From Botryllus schlosseri (Eukaryota): DNA of 64,000 nt. A program made the translations under genes and the position numbers. The stretch is from assembly GCA_051294905.1 (NCBI GenBank), contig CM119377.1:4774001-4838000 (forward strand), written 5' to 3'. The notes under the pieces were generated by a model. The model did no database searches. It saw only the letters and a list, made by a program, of their open reading frames with translations, and was not told where the DNA came from. Positions within the stretch are counted from its first letter, which is position 1. Each line of letters opens with the position of its first letter. Of this stretch, positions 35,235 through 47,700 are shown piece after piece.

Positions 35235-38200
35235 TAGGAACTTTACCCGGGGCCTTACATTTTCCCCATACCTGACAAAGTACGCGATTAAGTTCACGCT
35301 TTCGCACGAGACTCACGAGGTTGAAACGCTAGTATCGTCATCGTCACGTATATAAAAGGGAGTTAGAACCTATAAACCCCGCGTCCCCGCGAGTTTTATT
35401 GCACAGCGGAATACACAACCTCAACGGTTAACATTTCAAAGAACCAAACTATCAGCGCCCTGACCTTGTTTGATAGATACCGTATAAATGTTAACCAGTA
35501 CGCCGCCACCAAACTTAACCGATGCATTTTGCCTACCTACCGGCATGTGATTGGTTAAACGTCTCTTAGCGCATAGACGGGAATAATCTGGACTTAGGGA
35601 GTTTTCCCATAGCCTTACTGTCTCAGAATAATTCTTTAGGAGCACAGTGCTGGCATTCCTTTACGTTCAAGGAAGCCATAATGAGAATCTGGGTAAAGAT
35701 AACTACACTCAATCGCGTATAGGAGTAACGGACCGCCCCACGGAGCTTATATTATGATGCTCTGTGACGCAAGGCGCACTGATTGAGTTATTTATAAAGC
35801 GGGTTAAATTTATCCGAGTCAAATTTGGCTCGGATACGCTGATTGGTCACCGGCACCAAAATGGAGGTAGAGGCACCGGAGAAAAGTTTAATATTATTGC
35901 ACTAATTGACAAGTTTTGACACTCCCTCGAACAATATAGATGACCAATATAGCAAATTGTTCATCTTTAGATACCTTGGATATTGTTTAAAGAAGGTTTT
36001 TGAATATCTCCTTCATTTACAAGCCAGCAACAGTGCGTCGCTGGGATGGGCTCATGAGTTTTCATATTGGTGAATTTACGTCGCCGGTGTGACGCCATAA
36101 TCAAGGTACGACGACATAACTTTTATGTGGTTTCACATCACAGTGGCCTACGCGTATCAACTTTTGGAGTCGTAGCTAACCTTCTAGAGTTGGATTATAA
36201 AATTTTCAGTTATTCCAAATTAGATTAGAATTAGAATTATAGCTACACTCCTACACAGATATTTTCAAATGAGGTTAGGATTCAAATTACTGTGTTCGTA
36301 CTATCTTGGATATTGTATTTAATACAACAAAAATCAAGTTCATTCTTACAAGCACAAGAATTACAAATGTCCAATACACCAAGCTTGGCTCGCTTCGCAC
36401 TGTACAGTTTTCCTGTAGCCTTTTCAGAATTGAAATCAGAGCATACAAACATTTCACAAATTTGATTCGAATTATACCACCAGGATTTCGCTTTAATTAG
36501 ATAACTAGAATTATCAAATCAACAATAGCCGCCCAAGCCTGATATCAATAGCCTGCTTTTAAGTCAATATTCTGCGGGCGCAAACCCGGGTAATTGTGGC
36601 GCACAGCAAATAGGCCATCGGTTATTATTCCGGATCAAAAATGTCCGCGATCTCAAGTCACGATAAGGCTTTTGATGCGACCATAACACAAAATGTTTGA
36701 CAGTCATCAGGGCTCCGTGTTTGTGTACGTTGGCGTCCGCCTGCGGAAGTGCGACGGATAATGAGAAAGTGTGATGGGCCGGTACTGGTAGATTAGCACC
36801 ACCAATACCCGGCGCGTTTATTTTGGCATCTCGACACCAGCCAACGGTGCCTTGTTAGCAGCGGCAAGTGTCAAACCGCGCGTTCGTTAGCTACGAGCCA
36901 GTGACTAATTGTGTAATTCCCAGTTGTGGACGTAATCAATGATTGACATCGTAAGCAAAATGTGATATTTTGCCCGGTGGCGACCGCCACCCTAACACGA
37001 CAAGGTCGCTGACGTGATTTATCAGGGTTGCGATTAATCGCGGATTATACGGTGCTAGTCGGAAAAAGCATTTTACGACATTTTGCGATTCAACACTCGG
37101 AAACGCGTTTGAATGCGAATTTGTTATATAAATTGTTATCTAGTGTTGTCGGCTGTTTTAATCTGCAGTCACTGACAACATATTGCGCTGAAAAAACGTC
37201 AGTCGGAAGTTATGTTTACGGGATGTCGAAATATCTGCGAATATTTCCGTACGCAATGACGCAATGAAGTGTCTAAAGTTGGCAATGTGCATTGTGCATT
37301 GACAATATATCTATGATCGACTGTGACTGAATGACTGCATTAAAACACTAATAATAGTCACAGCTTGTACCTATAAGTTCATAAAAACGGAGGATGTGTT
37401 GCATTATAAGCCGTATACTCTTGACCAAAATTGTCCCCCAGCACGTCATAAATACCACGGACAGGTTTACTAGATTTGTGAAGAGAAGAGCTATTGAATA
37501 TCAGATATACATATACTGCATTAAAGATACGAAGTTCTCACAATTTGGATACAATACAGTGCTTTTTCAAGAAATATAAACGAAAAAGTCCAGCCTAATG
37601 TCATAGGCTTAGTTACGAACTGGAGACGATTTTTGTTTGAAATCCGAACATTGTGGGGCCATCTGGACATAGGGTCTTATTTAAGTGTTCGACTTGAGCA
37701 GCAAAAATTGCGTTCGCTTTGTCGGTATATTCGTTAGGGTTATGAGTAAAGCCCCGGAGTGAATCTAACACGCTTGACCGCCTATGCATACCTGTGAAAT
37801 TTCTCGCAAACCCGCCGCCTATTCGTTAGTTAAAAACGCATAATTGCGGACAATCAACCTTCCCAGCGCGAACGCGACATTATCTAGACATCATCTGAAC
37901 TTTTTATGTCAATAATGACCGTAAAATAAACATGTTTCCGTTAGCACATCCCAAACAACAAGTCACTCACACGGTCACGTTGATGAGTTGCCGAGAGCAC
38001 GCCATATTGTGAATGCTACAGTCTTTGGGATGGTATTTTGTTTGTGATAACTCATTTTAAGTATATCGCGTCGCGGGCAGGACTTTATAGCCGCTCGAAT
38101 GTCGATTTAATATACATAAACACTCCTTTGGGAAGCAGATTAGCGAGTGAAATCAGTGCACAATGCGGTAGCGCCTATTTAAAGACAGATACTGCAATTT

Positions 38201-38717
38201 TGTGTGTGCTTATCGGAGTCAAACCAACGGAAGGTATTGTCGTCGTTTTGATGCATTGTCGCGTCATTGTCGTACATTCCTTAGCCTGCCGCAAGACTTG
38301 TTTACAGTTAAACCGGGAGCACCCCGTTTAATCCAGGCTACGTGACACAGGAGCGGCTTAATTCCGGATTCCATGGAATTTTCGTAATCCGACTTGTGTC
38401 CCTATACATGAGCTAGATGTATAAATCACACCGCGTGGCAAAACAAAAAGAAAAAAAATAAGCAACATGTTTTGATCCTCCTCATTCCAGAGCCTGCACA
38501 ATATTACAACTCACGAACGATATAGGAACAGAATATTTGGGCTATCAACAATCATCCGATACATTCCAAATCAGCGGAATACCCGTGTATAATCAATTTT
38601 CAATTACGTTTACGAAGTGTCAAATCGGCACATCAGCGGTTCTCAAACTTTTCTAAAAATGTTGTCTGAGGACCATTTGTAGTTATTTTGATATTTCGAG
38701 AATGCTAAAGTAAAATG

Positions 38718-39656
38718 TAGGGATGGTGTGAACGTGAGGTTCACGTTCGCGTTCTGTGTGTGAACCTCCGAAATTTAAAGGTTCACGTTCACAAACGAAC
38801 CTTGGTAGGTTCTGCACTGTGAACCTTTTTCATAAAATACAATTTTCACTTCATTATAACATCTTTGTTTGAAATTTATTATTACATTTCAACTGCGGGC
38901 CACTCTATATACGGTGCTGGCAGCATAAAATATCAACACTAAACGAGCATGCACCCTGACGATCTCAAAAATTTTACTTGATTTGTTACAAAAGTTTGCT
39001 CGAAATATCCAACTTTCCGTTTGTGAATATTTAGTGACTCTCTGATGTGAGCTTGTCCCGCAATCACACAACAGCAAGAGCGAAATACACTATGTAGGTA
39101 TAGTCAGCGAATGATGCTTATTCAACCAAACAATGAAATTGATATCGTTGTCTGATGTAAACAATCTAGCAGGCGTACGGGGTCAATCTTGATTTCATAT
39201 GTTTGTTGTATCAGAAAAACGAAATCCGTGCGATTGGGGTGTCGGCTACTGCTGTGGTAATATCGGTAGCAAGTATAGAAACCCTGTCCGGTCAGGCCTA
39301 GACCGTTAAAGCGTACGCTTATATTCCCTAGCAAGTCCTCGTCGAAATTGTTGTTAAAGCGACGGAAATATTGATTTTATGGGATATTATGATATCATTT
39401 GAATGACCCAGTTGATACAATCGGCGACGTTTAAAACGTCAATATGTACTTCAGCATTGTGGTATTATGTGGCGCTAGTCGTCGCTAGGTATCGGGTGCA
39501 TTATTATAGGCTATCACTTCACTGAAATGTAGGGTTGGAATTAGCGATATGACGTCACGTGACGTCATGAGGTTCACGTTCGCGTTCACACAGAACCTTT
39601 CGAAAAGGTTCGCGTTCACACGAACCTGAACCTTTCAGAGGTTCACACCATCCCTA
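38718..39656. mobile_element. hAT-type MITE (family E, GTTCAC/GAACC-rich), inside an older CAGCGGTTCTCAAAC-start element
   Basis: Perfect 16-bp TIR TAGGGATGGTGTGAAC / GTTCACACCATCCCTA. Perfect 8-bp TSD GTAAAATG (38710-38717, 39657-39664). Confidence 0.92.
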
Positions 39657-41792
39657 GTAAAATGCAAACGGAGAATATTATCATTTCCCTGTGATGTCCC
39701 AAGAAACATCATAAAACACGCTATATTGACGAACGATAAAGCATAACCACAGACTAATAATGATGACAGATCAGAATTATGTTTAAATAGTTTCAATTTT
39801 CAACAGTTTTTTTTCTAACACAGCAGAATGCAACAGATATAACGTTTAAAATATTCCCTAATTTAGGACAAAATAAAGCAAGCATTACATCACAGAAAGT
39901 ACAATCAATAAAAACATTCAAATTGTGGGCCATTTCTGTACGGACATTTGGTCAAAGGATCTCAGTTTAGCTATCGCTAAGATGGATAGCTAACATAGTT
40001 CCGACTCCACGGTATTTATCTAGGAACATTGCCCGTTTCGATACATTGTGTGTCTTTCCATATCATCTCCGATTTTGTGTCACAATAATGACGCGAGGGC
40101 GTCGTAAAACTCTTGGACTTTCGAAGCATATTTTCGAAAGAAACTTGCAAGGAATTTCATCTCAACGCACAACCCGTCATAGGTTTACATTTCGCTGAGT
40201 TTTGACTGATATCATTTTTTCCCGACACCGCAAGCTTTCGTGAGTACGCGCGTAGGCGTTTGAGGCGTGTACGTTTCCAGGGATTCCCGTTCAAGATATT
40301 CGGGGAGTATGATTGTATTCGCGGATAGCTGCATTCCGAATAAGTGACGTCGGTCGATTGAGTCATGTTTGGTTATAGTTGCAGTTGCGATAATGCAAAC
40401 TGCACGGGCAGTACAATAGTGACAAATCTCGGTATGTTTTGGGAACATAATTCGAAGGCGCGTCTTTTGTTCTGCGTGGGACATTACAGGCTTGAACCCC
40501 TTTCACACGGTTTAAGGAGTTTGCGATATGAATGTGGCTTGAAATTTTCCATTCACACCCTGTTTAATTTCAAAAAAATCGCGCTTCTAGACCTATCACC
40601 GAATCTGTTAAACTTCCGAGTTACTATCTCACATATTTAAAGAGGCTCTTGGAGGTCGAAAACTTCAATATGCAATTGAGCAATGTGTTATATATATTAT
40701 ATTTTTAGATTCTCGGATGCTGACGATTGCCACTGACAAGTGTCAGCCGAAAATGTTCGTATTTTCAATATGAATATATTATTCAAACTCACATACCCAT
40801 TCTACAGTCGAAAAATACCCTCACAAATAAAGTGGCATATACGCAATGTCGGACATTGTCAAATATACTCTTTCGCCCCTGCCGTGACTTTATGAGGAAT
40901 GATATTATGTGAATTCATTATACAATGACTATTCCCTATTAACGAGCTGTATCTATGGTTTATTGCGTATAGCAGTAGAAGGGCAATGTATAAATGTATT
41001 AACAGATATTTCAGCATGAGACACAATGAAAAACGACAGGTGAGCAATGAGCATGCGACACATTTTAGCATGCGACTTCACAATCCCATAACTAACTCTA
41101 ACCCCGAGATAAACCCTTATCCAAACCCGAACCGTAAATTTAACCCACATGCTCACGTGTCGCATGCTATTATACCTATATAGCCTGACCCATTCGCCGA
41201 TAATATCGAGTCGATATCGAACTTTGCAAGAAATATCGGTATCAGCCATTTGAGGATGGAAATATTACCAGTTTCCGTTACATCACAGCATGGTAATGGT
41301 TAATAGGCGTTGATATATTTCTTATAGCTTATACTGGTGTCTACTGTCCAGATGAAGCTGTTCTAGTTTGTTTACTTCGAGTGCATAAGTCCAAGCATAC
41401 CAATGGCTGTAAATCTGTTCAGATAAAATGCTCTGGAGATTGGGAAAGCTAGATGCCATATATTTTGAAAATCGGCTGAATATATCGGGGTCATCGGTGT
41501 CAAGTTATAAATAACATGTATATGAAAAAGTAATATATGTGGTAAAATAACATGTTATATAATAAATGATTAACATGTACTCACCATTCGAATCCACGGC
41601 CACGTTTGATACGGCTGATACGTCTGATACCAAAATGTACAGCTGATACGTATGGAGAATAAAGATTTTCGGATATGCCGCATGAGACACGGTCGCCATG
41701 GCTCTTGAAATAGATACACTAATTTGTCTCTTATATCAACGGAATGATTGGAAGTTAGGCTGTGAAGTCCGTCGTCGATAAAGCACGTATTT

Positions 41793-44700
41793 TCAAGTCG
41801 TTGACGATATGTTGCTTCTGGTCGGGTGTGGCACGGGGGGTGCTAAGTTGAGAAAATTGGGCGCGAATTTGAGCGCGTTTTTTTCCGCCACCATTCCCGC
41901 GAAAGGCATATGTCCGCCGAAAGGCAACCCGCTGAATTTAGAATACCAATCGCTCGGAAAACACGAGTAAGCCTCCGCGCCTTTGGATGATTTCATGTAA
42001 GGCCATTCGCGAGGCGGTAAAGAGCTTTGCCGCAATAATATTGAAGCGTAGTCCGGGTGAGGTATGATTTGTTTCGTGTTGTTCTGGTCGTGCGGGGATA
42101 GCTTGAGTATTCTGGCGGGGGCTTTGGAGCGGCTTTTGTCGTGCTTGACGCTCTTGTGCTGGGCGAGGTTGTCTTTGCGTTTGGCGGCGTAGCTGCACTG
42201 GTCGCATTGAAAAGGCCTCTCGCCGGTGTGTATGCGGATGTGTTCGATGAGCTTGCTGAGGTTCTTGCCGTGGTATTCGCATTGGGGGCATCTGTAAGGA
42301 GAATGATTATTATGGGTTGTGAGTGTGATATGATATATCCTCGGCCTCTGAAATCAGTTACCGGGACGCAGATGTTTATTTCTCGCGGTTCTTATCACTA
42401 TTTCACTTGGAACCTGCACTTTTCAAAATCATAACGGCAAAGAAGTAGTTTGGCCTAAAAATTGTTCGTGAAATATAGCGGAAGTGGTCGAAAATCATAA
42501 CCTCCTAAGCGGTGCAAGTATAGACAAAACCTACTCCAATGCTCTGGTAAAAGCAGAAGTACTTCGTTGCTGACTACCTTTAGATAGAGCACTCCTTTGG
42601 AGGCCGTAAAAACGGAGTACCCGATTTGACTAATGTGCTACTTGAGACTGTTTTCATGTACTCAATTTCGAATTCAGGACCTATCCTATGATAGCATTAT
42701 CGAATATAAAGTATATAGCCTGCCGATAATCAATCCATAACTAATAACCGGATTTTAATGCCGAACTATTTCGCGCACTTACGGCATAATCAAACCTGCG
42801 ACCTCATGATGTGTCATCCCAAGCTGCTTTCGAGTACCTGCTCATCTACTCTCGTGACGATTATTTTTTCGATTCTCATTACCATTTCCACCATAGCATG
42901 CATGACAGTGGTTTTTGAACCCATGTTCTTATTCGGGAAAGTTCAAGAAACGTTTAACATTTGGTTTAACTCCAACGCAATTACCGCCTGACAATTATTA
43001 AATGCCGTCATAAGCTTACCGCCAACGAGGATAGGTCAGTACTTTTCCGGGTTCAATCGGATTCATAACGTAACCACGTTTGCTTATCAAGAAGCCCCTT
43101 ACTTGTATTGGCCGTCTTCCTTGTGCGTAGACATATGCTCTTGCAGACTTGAGTTGCCGGGCGCGATAAAATCGCATAGTCTGCATTTTAATTCGCGCGA
43201 TAGGCCATTCCAACTGCTGGGGTTGGTGGTGTCGGACTTGATAGAGTCGAGGGTGCGCTTGGGCTCATCGGATGGGTCCTGCTTGATCGAAGAAACGCTA
43301 TCTGTGTACATCGAGATATCGCGTTTTTAAATGATGGTCAAAGTAATCATGGTTATAAGCGTGCTCGCAATTATAATAACAGACATTAACAGCATCGTAT
43401 ATTAATTAAAGCACAGGTGGTTGATGCAGCCAGCTTTGGTACTCATGTAGAAGTAGAAGTTTTTACTCAAATACAAAGAGAAGCTTTGGTAAATTCGGGA
43501 TTGACGCAAAATGACTAATAGCACTACCTACAAATATACGTAAAATCATCGAAAACATATTCACTTATCGTGAAACAAGCGGTATTTCACACAGTTCTTA
43601 TGACAATATCGCTTAAAAACAACTGAACTCTGCACATCTAGAGGTAGATATATTTAAGAAATACGACCACTTGAGTAAATAATAGTGGAAGCGGGGCCTA
43701 GGATATTCAGGGCCTTATCTGGTGCATAACATAATATCGATAGACCCCGGTGGAAGTATAGGCAGAACCAATTTGAGTACTCCAAAATAGCAGAATGACT
43801 TCGTTATACTGGCCACCTCTGATTAAAAGTGTAAGCAATTGATAGGATACGTTATATTTCTTGTGATTCACTATCTGTATCAGCTAATCGTACATTCACC
43901 TGCTGTTATAGTACCGTAAGTTTTCAGGGTGCGATATTCCGCACCAACACCGGCCTGATCACAGCGATAAATCAAACGGACTTATCGTCGTATCAGATAC
44001 TATACAGTCACTTGTTGCTAAGCTTACTCATTTCAAAGCCGATTACGGCGCAAGAAAACATTTAAGGGATGCCTGTTTCCCAGATCGCAAACCGCGCAAG
44101 GGAGTGCGTGTCCAGCGGTCCGCGTGAACTCTTGCCTGCGATTTCATAACGTGGAAAAAGCCCGTCGTGCGGGTGGAATTATTTCTGTACGATTACAAAT
44201 GGATTCGCCATTCGCCATTACGTCCGAGGACCAGACCGTATATACATACGCTCGAAATTCCAATACAGTGCTGCAGGTTGTCTAGCTTTAAATAAGTCTA
44301 CCTTACAGCTATGTGAGGCAAAAACAATTATAGTGATTATGGACAACAAAACCATTTGGGTTCAACTCTCCATACAAATCATATTCAACAATTCGATACA
44401 ATGTTATTTTTTCAAGTTGAATATTTAAATAGGGTTCTAGAAGTACAAAAATTCAATATCGCACCAAATAATATATTCATATTGCCAACGATTGTTGATA
44501 TACAATGTTCATTTCCGTTCTCTACTATAGATACTGACGATTACCCTTAACGAGTGTCAGGCGAAAATATTCCGGTTCATTTCAATATGAATATAATATG
44601 TTCTTAATTCTATTATTAATTCGACAATGTGACTATACTGTTTGTTGCGATGTTGAATATCTTCTGTAATGAAATTCTACATAAACCAGCAACGTAGACA

Positions 44701-47700
44701 ATTAACAGAGATAAGCGGAAAATGCGGTCGGATGACACGCCAAGATGTTTTTCAAATCCAGAAACAATGGGCCAGCGGATTTGGAGCGCGCTGCCACGCC
44801 CCGCGACTAAAACAAATACGTGTCACTTGACTGCCATATTGATTCGCTCTACTGTAGTTGAGGTGCTCACCTAAACTCGACAGACTTGTCCTTCTGGAAG
44901 GCGTAGTCTCTTCTTGTTTTATCGGCATGCTTGCTGGGGATTCAGAGAAAGACAAAAACGTTCCTTCCACTTTTGGTATTGCGACATCGCACAACGCGGG
45001 CCTGGCGGGTTTATGTTCGGCTTGTTCGTCGCTGTATTTCCTTTTCACAAGTTTCCCTTGATCGGGAGCTGAGAATTTGAAGGAATCATCAGGCTGTATA
45101 TTCGGAATCGTGCATTACATGGTAACATGGTTACTATATGTGTTAATGGGTTATTTAACAATACGCACGTCCGCAGTACAGTTATTTCTAGTAGTAGGTT
45201 AATTTCAATGTCATTTTTCTGAATATATTGGCGTTGTAGCACAAGACATTACCAAATAATAATAACAATAATAATGGCAACTAAAATTTCTCCGGTGTTC
45301 CAAATCGCTGTGATTTCACATTATGGGCACTTTTCAAGTCTATAACACTTGAATAGTATATTCATACTGAACTGAACCCGAATATTCACGTTCATTTCAA
45401 TATGATAATATGATAATTTTACATTGAAGGTCTGTACCTCCAAGAAGCTCTTGAAGTCTATTGTTTTAGGCCATTAGATAGATAGTCATTAACTAAGTAC
45501 TTCTACTTTTCATGTGACCAGAGATGACCAGTAGAGAGTACTCAAGAAAGTTTTGGCTAGTCGCGCTACCTACTCAAGTAGTTATGATTTTAGCCACATC
45601 CAATTCTACTTGAAAATTTTCAGTTTTTTATTGTTTTAGGCTTAGAACACTTACTCTTTAACTTAAATACCTGTTAATTGCTACTTCTATTTCTACTTGA
45701 GTATAAACGCTGACTATACTTTAACCACATCGGCTTGCAATTGCTCAGCACACGAGTGGCCGCAGTAATATTCGACTCTGTATTATACGATTCACAAGTG
45801 AAACGGCTCGATTACGAATGCACTCCTACGCAATAGGTTTTATTAGACTTCAGCTATTCTAAATGAGTATTCATAAGTCAATATTCACCGCGCTCGGATA
45901 TGCCAATGTATAGGAGGTCGCCTCACATTGCAGTAGAACGCTTCATAATTACAGTTGGTGACATCCTATTCACTTAGACGAGTTCGTGTTGGACGCGGGG
46001 AAAAAATGGAAGACGTAATCAATCGAGGTTCCGAGGATCGGGCAATGATGCAGTTTTTGACTGACTTGCTCTCATGGGATTTGGATTAGTCCTTCGCCCT
46101 AGGCTGCGTGGATTGAAGGGCATCAATGGCGCTTGGTTTCCGAGGATGCTATAACTTAGGCCGATCAGAAATGTTATAACATGACAGCGTTTTAAGTAGA
46201 AATTAACCGCAACCGACGTCCCTTAAATCCTACCTTTTCGTGTTTTTTTCTGGAGTGTTTTAAGGATTTTCTGAGATTGTGATACACCAAACACAAGTGG
46301 ATGATCTTGTGAAAGCGTATTTTTTTCATGTAGGGAGTACATTTTCTTATGTCGCCTACATGCTTTCGCGAATTTCCGGCCGGATTAAATGGCTTGAAAC
46401 ATAGCCCTCGATTTAATTGCACGCTGTTCTCCGATAAACCAAAAGGTGCTGGACACACGATGCTTGTAATTGCGGCCTTTCTAGCATACACCCCGCGACA
46501 CTATGTAATCTAATACGTAATTTTGAATAGGCTGCGTAAAGTAAATAAGTTGATTTATGCCTGAAAAAAAACTTAATAAACACGAATTTCGTTGAAATAG
46601 TGACGACGCTTATTTTTATCTACGTTGAAATTGGAAAAACGGGTTTGAAAAACTATACGTAATCTATTCCATGAAAGTAGGTTCACGCATGCGCATAGCG
46701 CACAAATATATGTCAATAATTAGTATTTCGTTTATGACAATGACGCAATTTCACTTCGTAAAAAATAATGTTACATTCACACTTTATGACTGTTATACTG
46801 TTATTAAAAAATGAGAGATTCATCCTTGATCGGGTAGATTCATGGGAATCATTTCCAAATCATGGTAATGGAATTTTCATCACATACCTACATTCAATAT
46901 CTGCCTCCGATTGTTCGTTGTTATGAATTGCCTTGCTATATTTCGTTATAATTGTTATACAATGATGTATTAATCAAAAAGAATATGTAGAAATTAGAAC
47001 CACAAGTTTAAGCCCACACAAGTAACCAAACACTTGACCGCGACTACGTAAAGGAGCCTAGGAAAGAAAAACAATGTCTTCCAAGAACCGTCTGGGCATA
47101 GCAATTTTAAGGATTACGCCGGACATTTTTGCATATCTGCCAAACGTGCGTTAACAAGAGCTCACTATAATTAGTCGAAAAAGATCCTTATCAGCGCATT
47201 GTATTGTTCTGGTAATGTGTGGCTGAGACGCATTCATAGCTGACCGCATTGTGATTATCAATTCCGAGGACGGTAATTACTATTTTTCTTCGGAAAATAT
47301 CTCCCATCGAACAGAAGAGGGCACATCTGCTTAGAACCACTTGTCCGTGTCAGTCAGACGGTATAATTTACGATACCTGGTCTACTTGAACGAGACTAGC
47401 GTCAATTCGTAAGCATAAACTGGAGTATCCAGGCTACACAGTTACATCATGCATCGTTTTTGTACGCGTTCTCCTCGAGATACCCCACAGTTCGATTTAA
47501 TGATGTAAGTCTGTAGGAGAACGTGTCAGTTTCCCATGTATCTCTATGATTGTTAGGTCACAATATAGGAGTGGAGAAAAAACTACATCGCTCGTTATAA
47601 CATGACCACCCGCAACAACAATGCATAACGGGTGAGAAATGAGACAGGTCGATCGAAAATAATACCTGAAGTCAACGTGTGATTGGATTTTAACGATTCG

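Noticed and set aside
41085-41140. Interstitial telomeric repeat
   Set aside because: Only scattered degenerate (T)AACCC units, typical of repeat-element subtermini.
46040-46160. Intronic C/D-box snoRNA (ATGATG...CTGA)
   Set aside because: Box spacing is too short, there is no terminal stem, and no recognisable rRNA guide.
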